Shown here: positions 47,344 through 54,928 of the stretch, piece by piece | Layout: each line of letters begins with the position of its first letter | Numbering within the stretch: position 1 is the first letter of the stretch | Assembly: GCA_016432405.1 (NCBI GenBank) | Contig: CP066687.1 | Coordinates: 515,065 to 579,064 of the forward strand | Length of the DNA: 64,000 nt | Direction: 5' to 3' | Origin: Candidatus Giovannonibacteria bacterium | Lineage (GTDB): Bacteria > Patescibacteriota > Minisyncoccia > UBA11713 > 2-01-FULL-45-33 | Position numbers and translations under genes: made by a program | Notes under the pieces: generated by a model | What the model was told of the DNA's origin: nothing | What the model saw: the letters and a program-made list of their open reading frames with translations, nothing else | The model's database searches: none

Positions 47344-47733
47344 TTAGAAAATTTTATCTTTCAACGCTTGCCATAAAACCCCGAACCATTTCCTTACCGA
47401 ACCTTCCGGCGACGACGCCTCCGCCTCGCCGAGAAAAATAACCACCGCTTCGCCGGGTTTTTTCAAATTAAACCGGCCCCTGGCGTCGCGGTCCGCGCCC
47501 TCTGGCGTTTCCAGCTCCGCGAGGCGCTCTTCATAATTTTTTCTGGATGCCTCCGCTTCGGCGATTTTTTTCTCCAAATCCTTGATTTCCCGCTTTAGCG
47601 CCAGCTCAACGTTGAATGTCTTCCAGGCGCCCGCCAAAGCCACAAACATCAACGTCCCCACGATTAATATTACCGGCCAGGAGAAAATTGACCGCTCAAT
47701 CTCTTTTTCTTCTTGAAAATCGCGCAACGCCAT
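47344..47733 (-). CDS. Septum-formation initiator-like protein (FtsB/DivIC-like: TM plus coiled coil)
   Basis: 129 aa. Single TM followed by a coiled coil (LKREIKDLEKKIAEAEASRKNYEERLAELE). Confidence 0.5.
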   Translation of the reverse strand: MALRDFQEEKEIERSIFSWPVILIVGTLMFVALAGAWKTFNVELALKREIKDLEKKIAEAEASRKNYEERLAELETPEGADRDARGRFNLKKPGEAVVIFLGEAEASSPEGSVRKWFGVLWQALKDKIF

Positions 47734-47750
47734 GATACTCTATTTTTATC

Positions 47751-47852
47751 ATGAAATTCGGCTCAAAAAAAGCAAAAATGGTGTGGAATACGATAACGGT
47801 AATCGCCGTCATCGCCATGCTGGCGTTTTTGATAGTGCCCTACTACATCTAA
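47751..47852 (+). CDS. Possible small membrane protein (33 aa)
   Basis: MKFGSKKAKMVWNTITVIAVIAMLAFLIVPYYI. Not in the ORF track. Speculative. Confidence 0.2.
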   Translation: MKFGSKKAKMVWNTITVIAVIAMLAFLIVPYYI

Positions 47853-49700
47853 TCATCTCTTGATTGCTTTGAGATAAACCTCCGCGGGGATTTGGTAATC
47901 AGCGCGCTCTTTCAGACGTTTTTTGCCTTCTTTTTGCTTTTTCCAAAGCTTCATTTTCCGGCTTCTGTCGCCCCCGTAAAGATGCCCCGTGACATTTTTG
48001 GAAAGCGCCGGAAGCGAACGCGAAGCCAAAATCCTCCCGCCGGCGCGCGCCTGTATTTTGAGTGCGAAAACCGCCCGCGGCAGAATTTTGCGGAGTTTTT
48101 CCACCGCCTCTCTGGCTTCCTGCTCCGCGCGCCGGCGGGGAATTATTTTTGAAAACGCCGGCTGGATTTCCTCGGCTATAAGCACGTCCAGCCGCAGCAA
48201 ATCCGCCGGCCGCGTATCCAAAAATTCGTAATTGAGTGAAGCGTATCCGGCAGAGACGCTTTTTAATTCGTCAAAAAAATCGCGCATCAGCTCCCGAAGC
48301 GGCATTTGGGCGCCCAGCTTAACTCTGGACTCCGAAAATTTATGCGTGTCTCCGACTCTCGCCTCGTGCGCTTCCAGCAGTTTCAAGACCTTCGGCAGGC
48401 GCTCCGGCGGAGTAAGTATTTCAATCTTGAGCCACGGCTCCAAAACTTCCAAAATCTCCTGCCCGCCTGCCTGCCGGCTAGGCAGGTCCGGAAATTTGCT
48501 CGGCGCGTATATTTCCATCGTCCCCCGCCTTGTTTTTACGGCGTATTTTACCGTCGGCGAAGCGGCGATCGTTTTTATTTTAAAATCGCGCGCAAGCTTT
48601 TCCACGACAATCTCCAGATGCAGCTGCCCCAAAAATCCGCACCTAAAGCCCCGTCCCAACCCCGCCGCGGCGGGGCCGCCGGATTCCTCCTCAAAAAAAA
48701 GCGCGCTGTCCAGAAGCTTCAGCCGCTCAAGCGCCTTTTTCAAATCCTCAAAGGCGTTCTGATCCTCCGGATACAAACTTGAAAAAACCACCGGCCTTGG
48801 CTCGCGGTAACCCGGCAAAGCATTAAGCGAGCTGCCATCTTCCAATATTGTGTCACCAACGCGCACCGCTCTCGCTTCTTTTATCCCAGTGACGACGTAG
48901 CCAATCTCGCCCGCGGACAGGATTTCCATAGGCGAAAGCTCCGGCCTGAACACCCCGACCTCGCTTGCGGCAAATTTAATATTGGAATGAACCAACTTTA
49001 ATCTACTGCCTTTCCCAATCTCTCCGCCAAAAACCCGCACATGCGCGACTATCCCTTTATGCAAAGAGTATTCAAAATCAAAAATTAATGCCCGTGTTCC
49101 GCCGCCCGGGAAAACACTCGGTGTTTGAAGCCCGCCAACACCGAGTGTTGAGGAGGGCGGCGGAATTTTTTCAACAACTTTCTCAAGCAATTTTTCCACC
49201 CCCTCGCCGGTTTTCGCGGAAAGTTCCAGAATCTCCCCGGCGGACTCACCCAAAAGATTTTTGATTTCTTCTTTTGTCTCCGCGATTCTTGCCTGCGGCA
49301 GGTCAATTTTATTTACCGCCGGAATTATTTTCAAATTAAGCGATTTCGCCAGCTCCACGTTGGAGAGCGTCTGCGCCTCCACTCCCTGGGTCGCGTCCAC
49401 AAGCAAAACCGCGCCCTCCGCGGCGGCCAGCGCCCTAGAGACCTCGTAGTTAAAATCAATATGCCCGGGCGTGTCAATTAAATTCAAAATATACGGCTTA
49501 TGGCTTACGGCATATAGCATTCTAACCGGCTGCATCTTGATTGTTATCCCCCGCTCGCGCTCAAGCGGATGCATATCCAAAAATTGCGCGCGCATTTTGC
49601 GGGCTTCAACTGTCTTGGTAATCTCCAGCATCCTGTCGGCCAAGGTGGATTTTCCGTGGTCAATATGCGCGATTATGCAGAAGTTCCTGATATTCGGCAT
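47853..49700 (-). CDS. lepA: Elongation factor 4 (LepA)
   Basis: 615 aa. N-term NIRNFCIIAHIDHGKSTLADR, LepA-specific C-terminal domain. Contains an in-frame palindromic insertion. Confidence 0.95.
   Translation of the reverse strand: MPNIRNFCIIAHIDHGKSTLADRMLEITKTVEARKMRAQFLDMHPLERERGITIKMQPVRMLYAVSHKPYILNLIDTPGHIDFNYEVSRALAAAEGAVLLVDATQGVEAQTLSNVELAKSLNLKIIPAVNKIDLPQARIAETKEEIKNLLGESAGEILELSAKTGEGVEKLLEKVVEKIPPPSSTLGVGGLQTPSVFPGGGTRALIFDFEYSLHKGIVAHVRVFGGEIGKGSRLKLVHSNIKFAASEVGVFRPELSPMEILSAGEIGYVVTGIKEARAVRVGDTILEDGSSLNALPGYREPRPVVFSSLYPEDQNAFEDLKKALERLKLLDSALFFEEESGGPAAAGLGRGFRCGFLGQLHLEIVVEKLARDFKIKTIAASPTVKYAVKTRRGTMEIYAPSKFPDLPSRQAGGQEILEVLEPWLKIEILTPPERLPKVLKLLEAHEARVGDTHKFSESRVKLGAQMPLRELMRDFFDELKSVSAGYASLNYEFLDTRPADLLRLDVLIAEEIQPAFSKIIPRRRAEQEAREAVEKLRKILPRAVFALKIQARAGGRILASRSLPALSKNVTGHLYGGDRSRKMKLWKKQKEGKKRLKERADYQIPAEVYLKAIKR
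49101..49161. repeat. In-frame nested palindrome in lepA
   Basis: GCCGCCCGGG...AACACTCGGTGTT-tgaagcccgcc-AACACCGAGTGTT...GGGCGGCGG. Encodes STLGVGGLQTPSVFPGGGTRA in domain II of EF4. Confidence 0.65.
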
Positions 49701-49781
49701 AAATAGAGTTTATAGAAAATTTTAAAAATAAAAAAGAGGAGAAGAATTTTTTCCTCCCCTCTTGTTTCTGACCATCCTTTA

Positions 49782-50342
49782 TTAAAGCGGCGCTTTAGAC
49801 AATGTCGGCCCCGGACGCTCGTAAACTTTCTCGAGTCTCCGTCTTATCTCCGCAATCCGAGAGTCCTTAAACCACGACCTTGTAGCTTTTAGATCTGCGA
49901 TCGCTTTCCCGACAATCTCCCGGTATTCGATAAGCAACAGCCCAATGTCGTTATCGTCGACCTGCCTTAAGCAAAAAAATTCAAAACTCTTGAAAACGAT
50001 TTTTTGGAGTTGCTCGCTAAGGATAACGGCGATCCGGAAATCATCGCAATCTATATACACCTCGTTAAAATCCCGTACCGTCCGATAAAGAACGGACTGA
50101 CCGAATTGGTCAGAGATGTATGGGGAAATTCTATCAGCTACCACTCGCGGCTCTAAGCCACCTTTCCATTGCACTCCAGCTCGATGCATATATCCTCCAT
50201 TGCCGTTTTTTGACCTAAGCAGGCAAACGGCCGCCGTTATTCTTCCAATTTCTTGGAATACAGCTAGGCATAAAAGACCAAGCATTCTAGAACCCATAAT
50301 ACACCCAAAACAATATTTTGTCAAGTGCCTGTCGTGGCTCAA
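49782..50342 (-). CDS. Hypothetical protein
   Basis: 186 aa, 4-nt overlap with the murJ stop, no family recognised. Confidence 0.45.
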   Translation of the reverse strand: MSHDRHLTKYCFGCIMGSRMLGLLCLAVFQEIGRITAAVCLLRSKNGNGGYMHRAGVQWKGGLEPRVVADRISPYISDQFGQSVLYRTVRDFNEVYIDCDDFRIAVILSEQLQKIVFKSFEFFCLRQVDDNDIGLLLIEYREIVGKAIADLKATRSWFKDSRIAEIRRRLEKVYERPGPTLSKAPL

Positions 50343-52030
50343 AGCAATCTTTCCGGTTCGGGGGCGGGGACCATGTCTGCTTTGCTTTTTTCTCTCTCCA
50401 AAAAAATATCCAGCAAGCTTCCGGAAAATTCTTTCAGTTCTTTGCTACCCAGCGCCCAAAGCGACGCCGCCGTCGCCAAAATCCCCAAAACACCGGCCAA
50501 AAACCCTTGCCCGAAAACCCCAAAAAATGTGTGCAGGTCAAAAACGCGCGAAAAAATATCCAGCCCCAAGTAAGCCGCGAGTCCGCCCACGGCGCTCGCG
50601 GAAAGAACCTGCAAAAACGCCCGCCCAATCCCGCGCCAGCTAAACCCCACGAAAACATTTTTAAAAACAAACGCCAGAAAAATGAAATTAAAAACACTGC
50701 CCGCCAAAATCCCCAAAGGCAAAGACACGGCGCGTATGTCGGAGATGTCTTCTATCCGGAGCAGGGAGCCAAAAACATCTTTTAAAAATCCTCCCTCCCC
50801 GAGCGCAGCCGAAAACCAAAAGACGGCGCCCACGGAAAGAACCGACGACACGGCATTGATGATAAGCGGCCTCCACGATTCCCCCTCCGCGTAAAAAGCG
50901 CGAGTTAAGAGCATAAATACACTTTGAAAAACTATGGCTAAACTCAATATTGAAAGCGCCGCGGCTGTAAGCCGCGTATCGGTCCAGCTGAAAGCCCCGC
51001 TCCCCAAAACAACCCTGACTATCTGCGCCCGCAGCACCAAAATCAAAACCGCCATCGGCAGAGTCCAGAAAATTATATGCCGCATGGCCGCGGAGAAATG
51101 TTTTTCAAACTCCTCTTTTGATTTTTTGAGAGACGAAGCAACCAAATCCGGAAAAGCGGCCACGCTGTAAGAAAGCCCAATGATCGTCACCGGAATAAAT
51201 TCCAGGTTGAGCGCCAGATTAAACACGGCGATGCTCCCCTGCGAAAAAGTTGAGGCAATGCCGGTTAAAATAAAAGTGGTGATTTGTGTAATCTGGAGCC
51301 CCAGGGTTCTGGGCAAAGAAAGCCGGGCGATTTTTTTTATATCTTCGCTCCATATTTTTCCAAACCGGAGAGAAATTCCAAGCCCCCGAAGCGACGGCGC
51401 CTGCGCGCCGAGGTGCAAAAACGCCCCAAAAGCAACCCCCCAGGCAAGGCCCGAGATGCCAAAAAAATCATAGAAAACCAGTATGCCCAAAAGTATCCCG
51501 ACGTTGTAAAAAACAGGCGCGAGGCCGTAAGCAAAAAATCTCCTCACGGCCTGCGTCGCGCTGGACAAGATGTTTGAAAGGCCCAAAAAAAACGGCGAGA
51601 GGAGTAAAATGCGGGAAAGCAAGACGGTGCGGCCGATCTCGCCTTCTGAAAATCCCGGCAGAGAGCGGTCGGTTATCCACGGCATCAAAAAAAACGCCGC
51701 GGCGCTCAAAATAACCACAAAAAAAGAAAAAAAGGCGAAGATTGAACCCAAAAGCTCTTCTGCGCCTTTCTTCTCCTCGCCGAATTTTTTTAAAAAAATC
51801 GGGATAATCGCGGTTGAGGCGGTAAAAAGCAGCATAAAAGTGTAAAGAAAGTCCGGCACGCGGAAAGCCGCGTAGTAAATGTCAAGTTCGCGGGATGCGC
51901 CGAAAGTCCCGGCGAGCGCCCTGTCTCTTAAAAGCCCGAGGGCATCGGCCAAAATGCCGAAAAATCCGAGCCAAAAAGCCGCGTGGTGGACATTTCCTAA
52001 ATCGGCGTGGAAGAGTTTTACGAACCTCAT
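50339..52030 (-). CDS. murJ: Lipid II flippase MurJ (MviN)
   Basis: 563 aa polytopic protein. N-terminal GTFGASRELDIYYAAFRVPDFLY is characteristic of MurJ. Confidence 0.9.
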   Translation of the reverse strand: MRFVKLFHADLGNVHHAAFWLGFFGILADALGLLRDRALAGTFGASRELDIYYAAFRVPDFLYTFMLLFTASTAIIPIFLKKFGEEKKGAEELLGSIFAFFSFFVVILSAAAFFLMPWITDRSLPGFSEGEIGRTVLLSRILLLSPFFLGLSNILSSATQAVRRFFAYGLAPVFYNVGILLGILVFYDFFGISGLAWGVAFGAFLHLGAQAPSLRGLGISLRFGKIWSEDIKKIARLSLPRTLGLQITQITTFILTGIASTFSQGSIAVFNLALNLEFIPVTIIGLSYSVAAFPDLVASSLKKSKEEFEKHFSAAMRHIIFWTLPMAVLILVLRAQIVRVVLGSGAFSWTDTRLTAAALSILSLAIVFQSVFMLLTRAFYAEGESWRPLIINAVSSVLSVGAVFWFSAALGEGGFLKDVFGSLLRIEDISDIRAVSLPLGILAGSVFNFIFLAFVFKNVFVGFSWRGIGRAFLQVLSASAVGGLAAYLGLDIFSRVFDLHTFFGVFGQGFLAGVLGILATAASLWALGSKELKEFSGSLLDIFLEREKSKADMVPAPEPERLL

Positions 52031-54339
52031 CGCCCTTTCACTGGCGGCTCGCTTCTTTTCTCCGGAGCGGGGCCTGCTATGCCGGCGAGCGCAGCTTTTT
52101 TGGCGCGTAGGTTGGACAAAATCTGCTTAACCTCGCCGTTGTCCGGGTTGAGCGCCAGAATTTTTTCAAATTCTGAAACCGCCTCCGCCCTCCTCCCGCC
52201 GCGGTCGTAAATCAGCCCCAAAAAGTACCGGGCGTTGGAATAATTCGCGTTAATTTCAACCGCGCGCCCGAAAACTATCTCCGCGTCGCTTAAGCGATTG
52301 GCTCGGTAATACAAAAGCCCGAGCTGAAAAAGCGTTCCGATATCGTTGGGCGCCAAAAGCGCCGCCGCCTCTCCTCTTTTTATGGCCTCCGCGGCCTGGC
52401 CTTCCGCGTCGTAAACCTGCGCCAAAAGGAAATGGCCTTCAACATAGTCGGGTTTTAAAGAAACCGCCTTCAGCAAATTCTCTTCGGCTTTTTTCAAAGA
52501 GTCGCGATTGTTACGCATAGCGGCGTCGCTAAGATAGACCACGGCTTTGTCTCTCCAAAGAAGCGGATTTGAGGGCGCGCGCTTCAGCGCCTCGTCGTAT
52601 TGCGCCTGGGCCGCCTCCATTCCGCCGGCGGCGCCCAACTGGACCAAAAAGGAGTAAATCTGCCCAAGCGCGCGGTAATTCAAAAAGTCCTGCGGCTCCG
52701 CCTTTTCGGCGGCTTGCGCCGCCGAAACCGCGCGGTCAAGAAAATCTTTAAAGCGCGACCCAAGAATGTCCGGGGGCGTTGCCCTGTCCTGCAGCAAAAG
52801 CTGGCCCTTAGACATATAGACCTGCGAGAGCGTGCGGAGGTAAAGATCATTGGCGCCGTCGGTTTGCGCCGCAATCAATATTTTTCTCTCCGCTTCGTCC
52901 AAATTTCCGGCGTTTATCGCCTCCAGCCCCTTGGCGTAAGCAAGCTGGCCGACATAGCGGACCGAAACCAAGTAAAGCCCTAATGCGCCCAGGATTATAA
53001 AAAAGACGACAACAAGCGCCGAAATAAATCCTCTCGGCCCTTCTTCTTTAACCAAAGAAAATTCGTAAATTTTAAACGCCCCGGAGATGCGCAGCGCCGC
53101 CAAAAGAAGCCCCATGGCAAAGAATCCCAAGGCCGCCAAAACATACCCCGCAGAGTAAAACATAAACATCAAAATCGCCAAGGAAAAAAGCAGGAACGCC
53201 GCGAAAACCAAGGTCTCCGCGCGCGAATCATGCGCGGAAGCAAGCGCCTTCAAACCCAGATACCAAAGCCAGCCAAAAAACGCGAGCAGCAAAGCCCATC
53301 CCAAAACGCCCGTCTCTCCAAGCGCGCTCAAAATATAAGAGGACCCGAGAGTAAAGCGCAGCCCCCAAAACAAAGTGTTATTGACTTCGGCCGGCTTGTA
53401 TTTATCCCAAAGGTAGCCGAAGGACGCCGGGCCGGTTCCAAAAACGGTGTTTTCTTTAAGCGCTTTCCCCGCAACCTGCAAAGTGGCGCTGTGGGAAACT
53501 CCGACTTCCAAGGGCGCCGGGAAAGCAATTGAGGAAGCGATGAGCGCCGTAAATAAAAAAGCAAAAAGCGCGACCAAAAGAAGCGCCAAAGGAAACCCGA
53601 CTCCGGCGAGCGAAGTATTTTTGCGCCAGATGCCGTAGCTCAAAAGCAAAATCGCAAAAAATCCGATAATGCCCCAAAGCACCGGGAAATTAACCACCAG
53701 TACCAAAAGCAAAGAAAGTAAAAACAGCGCCGCCATAACCCACCTCGCCGCGCCGGACGAAACAGATAAAAAAGGATAAAGCAGCATAAGAAAAAACGCC
53801 GCCGTAAATCCAACGCTGTTCCATGAGCCAACGGGATTAAAAGCGCGCGCCGCGAAAAGACCGCCTAAGGATTGGCCGAGCCCGAAAACGGAAAATATCC
53901 ATACCATTGCCAAAAAGACAGTGAGCCCCAAGCCCAGAGCGACCATGAGCCGCGAGAAATGAGCCGGCTCGGAAAAAAGCGTCATTATCATAAAACTCAT
54001 CAAAGAAAAAGTAAGCAGCGCCAAAAAACTGGAGGGCTCGGCGGCAATTCCCCAAAGCGAAGCGCCCGAGCGGGAAATAACCGCCGAAGCCAAAACGGAA
54101 AGCAAAAACGCGCCCCATATTATAAAAACATGATGGTACGGCAGAGAAACGCTGCCCGCTCTTATGGAATGCGCGAGGTATAAAACGAAAGACAAAAACA
54201 CCAAAACCGAGACCATGAGCAGTTTGTTGAATTCAACCGGAGCTATGGTTACGGGCAAAAACCATACCGGCAGTAAAAAAGCGAGCGCCAAGAGGCACCA
54301 CTCTGCCGCTTTGTGTAGAGAATCGCTTGATATAGTCAT
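52027..54339 (-). CDS. O-antigen ligase-like (Wzy_C) membrane protein with C-terminal TPR repeats
   Basis: True start is most likely the ATG at 54339 (MTISSDSLHKAAEW...). The track's longer N-terminal extension (to 54600) overlaps the RNase P RNA and is spurious. Multiple TM helices, then TPR repeats (SDAAMRNNRDSLKKAEENLLKAV...). Confidence 0.8.
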   Translation of the reverse strand: MTISSDSLHKAAEWCLLALAFLLPVWFLPVTIAPVEFNKLLMVSVLVFLSFVLYLAHSIRAGSVSLPYHHVFIIWGAFLLSVLASAVISRSGASLWGIAAEPSSFLALLTFSLMSFMIMTLFSEPAHFSRLMVALGLGLTVFLAMVWIFSVFGLGQSLGGLFAARAFNPVGSWNSVGFTAAFFLMLLYPFLSVSSGAARWVMAALFLLSLLLVLVVNFPVLWGIIGFFAILLLSYGIWRKNTSLAGVGFPLALLLVALFAFLFTALIASSIAFPAPLEVGVSHSATLQVAGKALKENTVFGTGPASFGYLWDKYKPAEVNNTLFWGLRFTLGSSYILSALGETGVLGWALLLAFFGWLWYLGLKALASAHDSRAETLVFAAFLLFSLAILMFMFYSAGYVLAALGFFAMGLLLAALRISGAFKIYEFSLVKEEGPRGFISALVVVFFIILGALGLYLVSVRYVGQLAYAKGLEAINAGNLDEAERKILIAAQTDGANDLYLRTLSQVYMSKGQLLLQDRATPPDILGSRFKDFLDRAVSAAQAAEKAEPQDFLNYRALGQIYSFLVQLGAAGGMEAAQAQYDEALKRAPSNPLLWRDKAVVYLSDAAMRNNRDSLKKAEENLLKAVSLKPDYVEGHFLLAQVYDAEGQAAEAIKRGEAAALLAPNDIGTLFQLGLLYYRANRLSDAEIVFGRAVEINANYSNARYFLGLIYDRGGRRAEAVSEFEKILALNPDNGEVKQILSNLRAKKAALAGIAGPAPEKRSEPPVKGR

Positions 54340-54341
54340 AT

Positions 54342-54378
54342 AGAAGATTATAAAAATAACCCAGCCCCGACGCAAGGT
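54342..54378 (-). terminator. Rho-independent terminator of rnpB
   Basis: Minus strand reads CCCAGCCCCGAC-cttgc-GTCGGGGCTGGG followed by TTATTTTTAT. Confidence 0.7.
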
Positions 54379-54381
54379 CGG

Positions 54382-54882
54382 GGCTGGGGATTTGGATTCT
54401 CCGCTCATAAGCCGAGTTCTGTTTAAATAGCCATCTGTCTGGTCCCGCGATTGCTCTGCGGGATCTAGCGTCCGACTACCGAGGTTAACTCGACGTCGGA
54501 CTTGCACCGGGCCCCGACGTAAAGCCGGGGTCCCGACTTCGCTATCAAAAATTTTAATAGTGCGTCGGGACAAGTGTTTTTCACCGCGCGCTGTCACCAA
54601 CGCGCGCTGTGAGCTTTTACCTCACCTCTTTTCACCCTTGCGCTATCAACGCTTCCGGCTTTAGACCGAAAATGATGACGTCCGCGGTATTGTCTCTGTG
54701 ACACTCTCTCGTCCCGCCGTTGGCGGGAGGTGGCCGTTAGCCACTGCCTCTGCCAAAGTTGCCCGAAGCGCAGCGAGGCCGCAACTTTGAGCATCCCGAC
54801 TTTACGTCGGGATTACCTTAGCGGTGCTCGGACTTTCCTCCCTTCCCAAAGCTTGCGCATTGTGGCGGGCGGCTATCCGGCG
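54382..54882 (-). ncRNA. rnpB: RNase P RNA, bacterial type A (M1 RNA)
   Basis: Minus strand contains GGAGGAAAGTCCGAGC (P4 5' strand/CR-I), AGGGTGAAAAGAGGTGAGGTAAAAGCTCAC (CR-II/III), ACAGAACTCGGCTTA (CR-V, P4 3' strand), and P1 pairing GATTCTTCGC/GCGGAGAATC. Consensus promoter upstream and terminator downstream. Length about 500 nt suggests lineage-specific insertions. Confidence 0.8.
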
Positions 54883-54886
54883 AAGA

Positions 54887-54914
54887 ATCTTCCTACATTA
54901 TAGCAGCGTCCCAA
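54887..54914 (-). promoter_or_regulatory. rnpB promoter
   Basis: Minus strand reads TTGCAA (54909-54914), 16 nt, TATAAT (54887-54892). The transcription start coincides with the P1 5' strand. Confidence 0.65.
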
Positions 54915-54928
54915 AAAATTGCAAGCAT

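Noticed and set aside
52027-54600. Track ORF giving an 857 aa protein with an 88 aa N-terminal extension
   Set aside because: The extension (54340-54600) overlaps the RNase P RNA gene and has no SD. The membrane protein most likely starts at the ATG at 54339.
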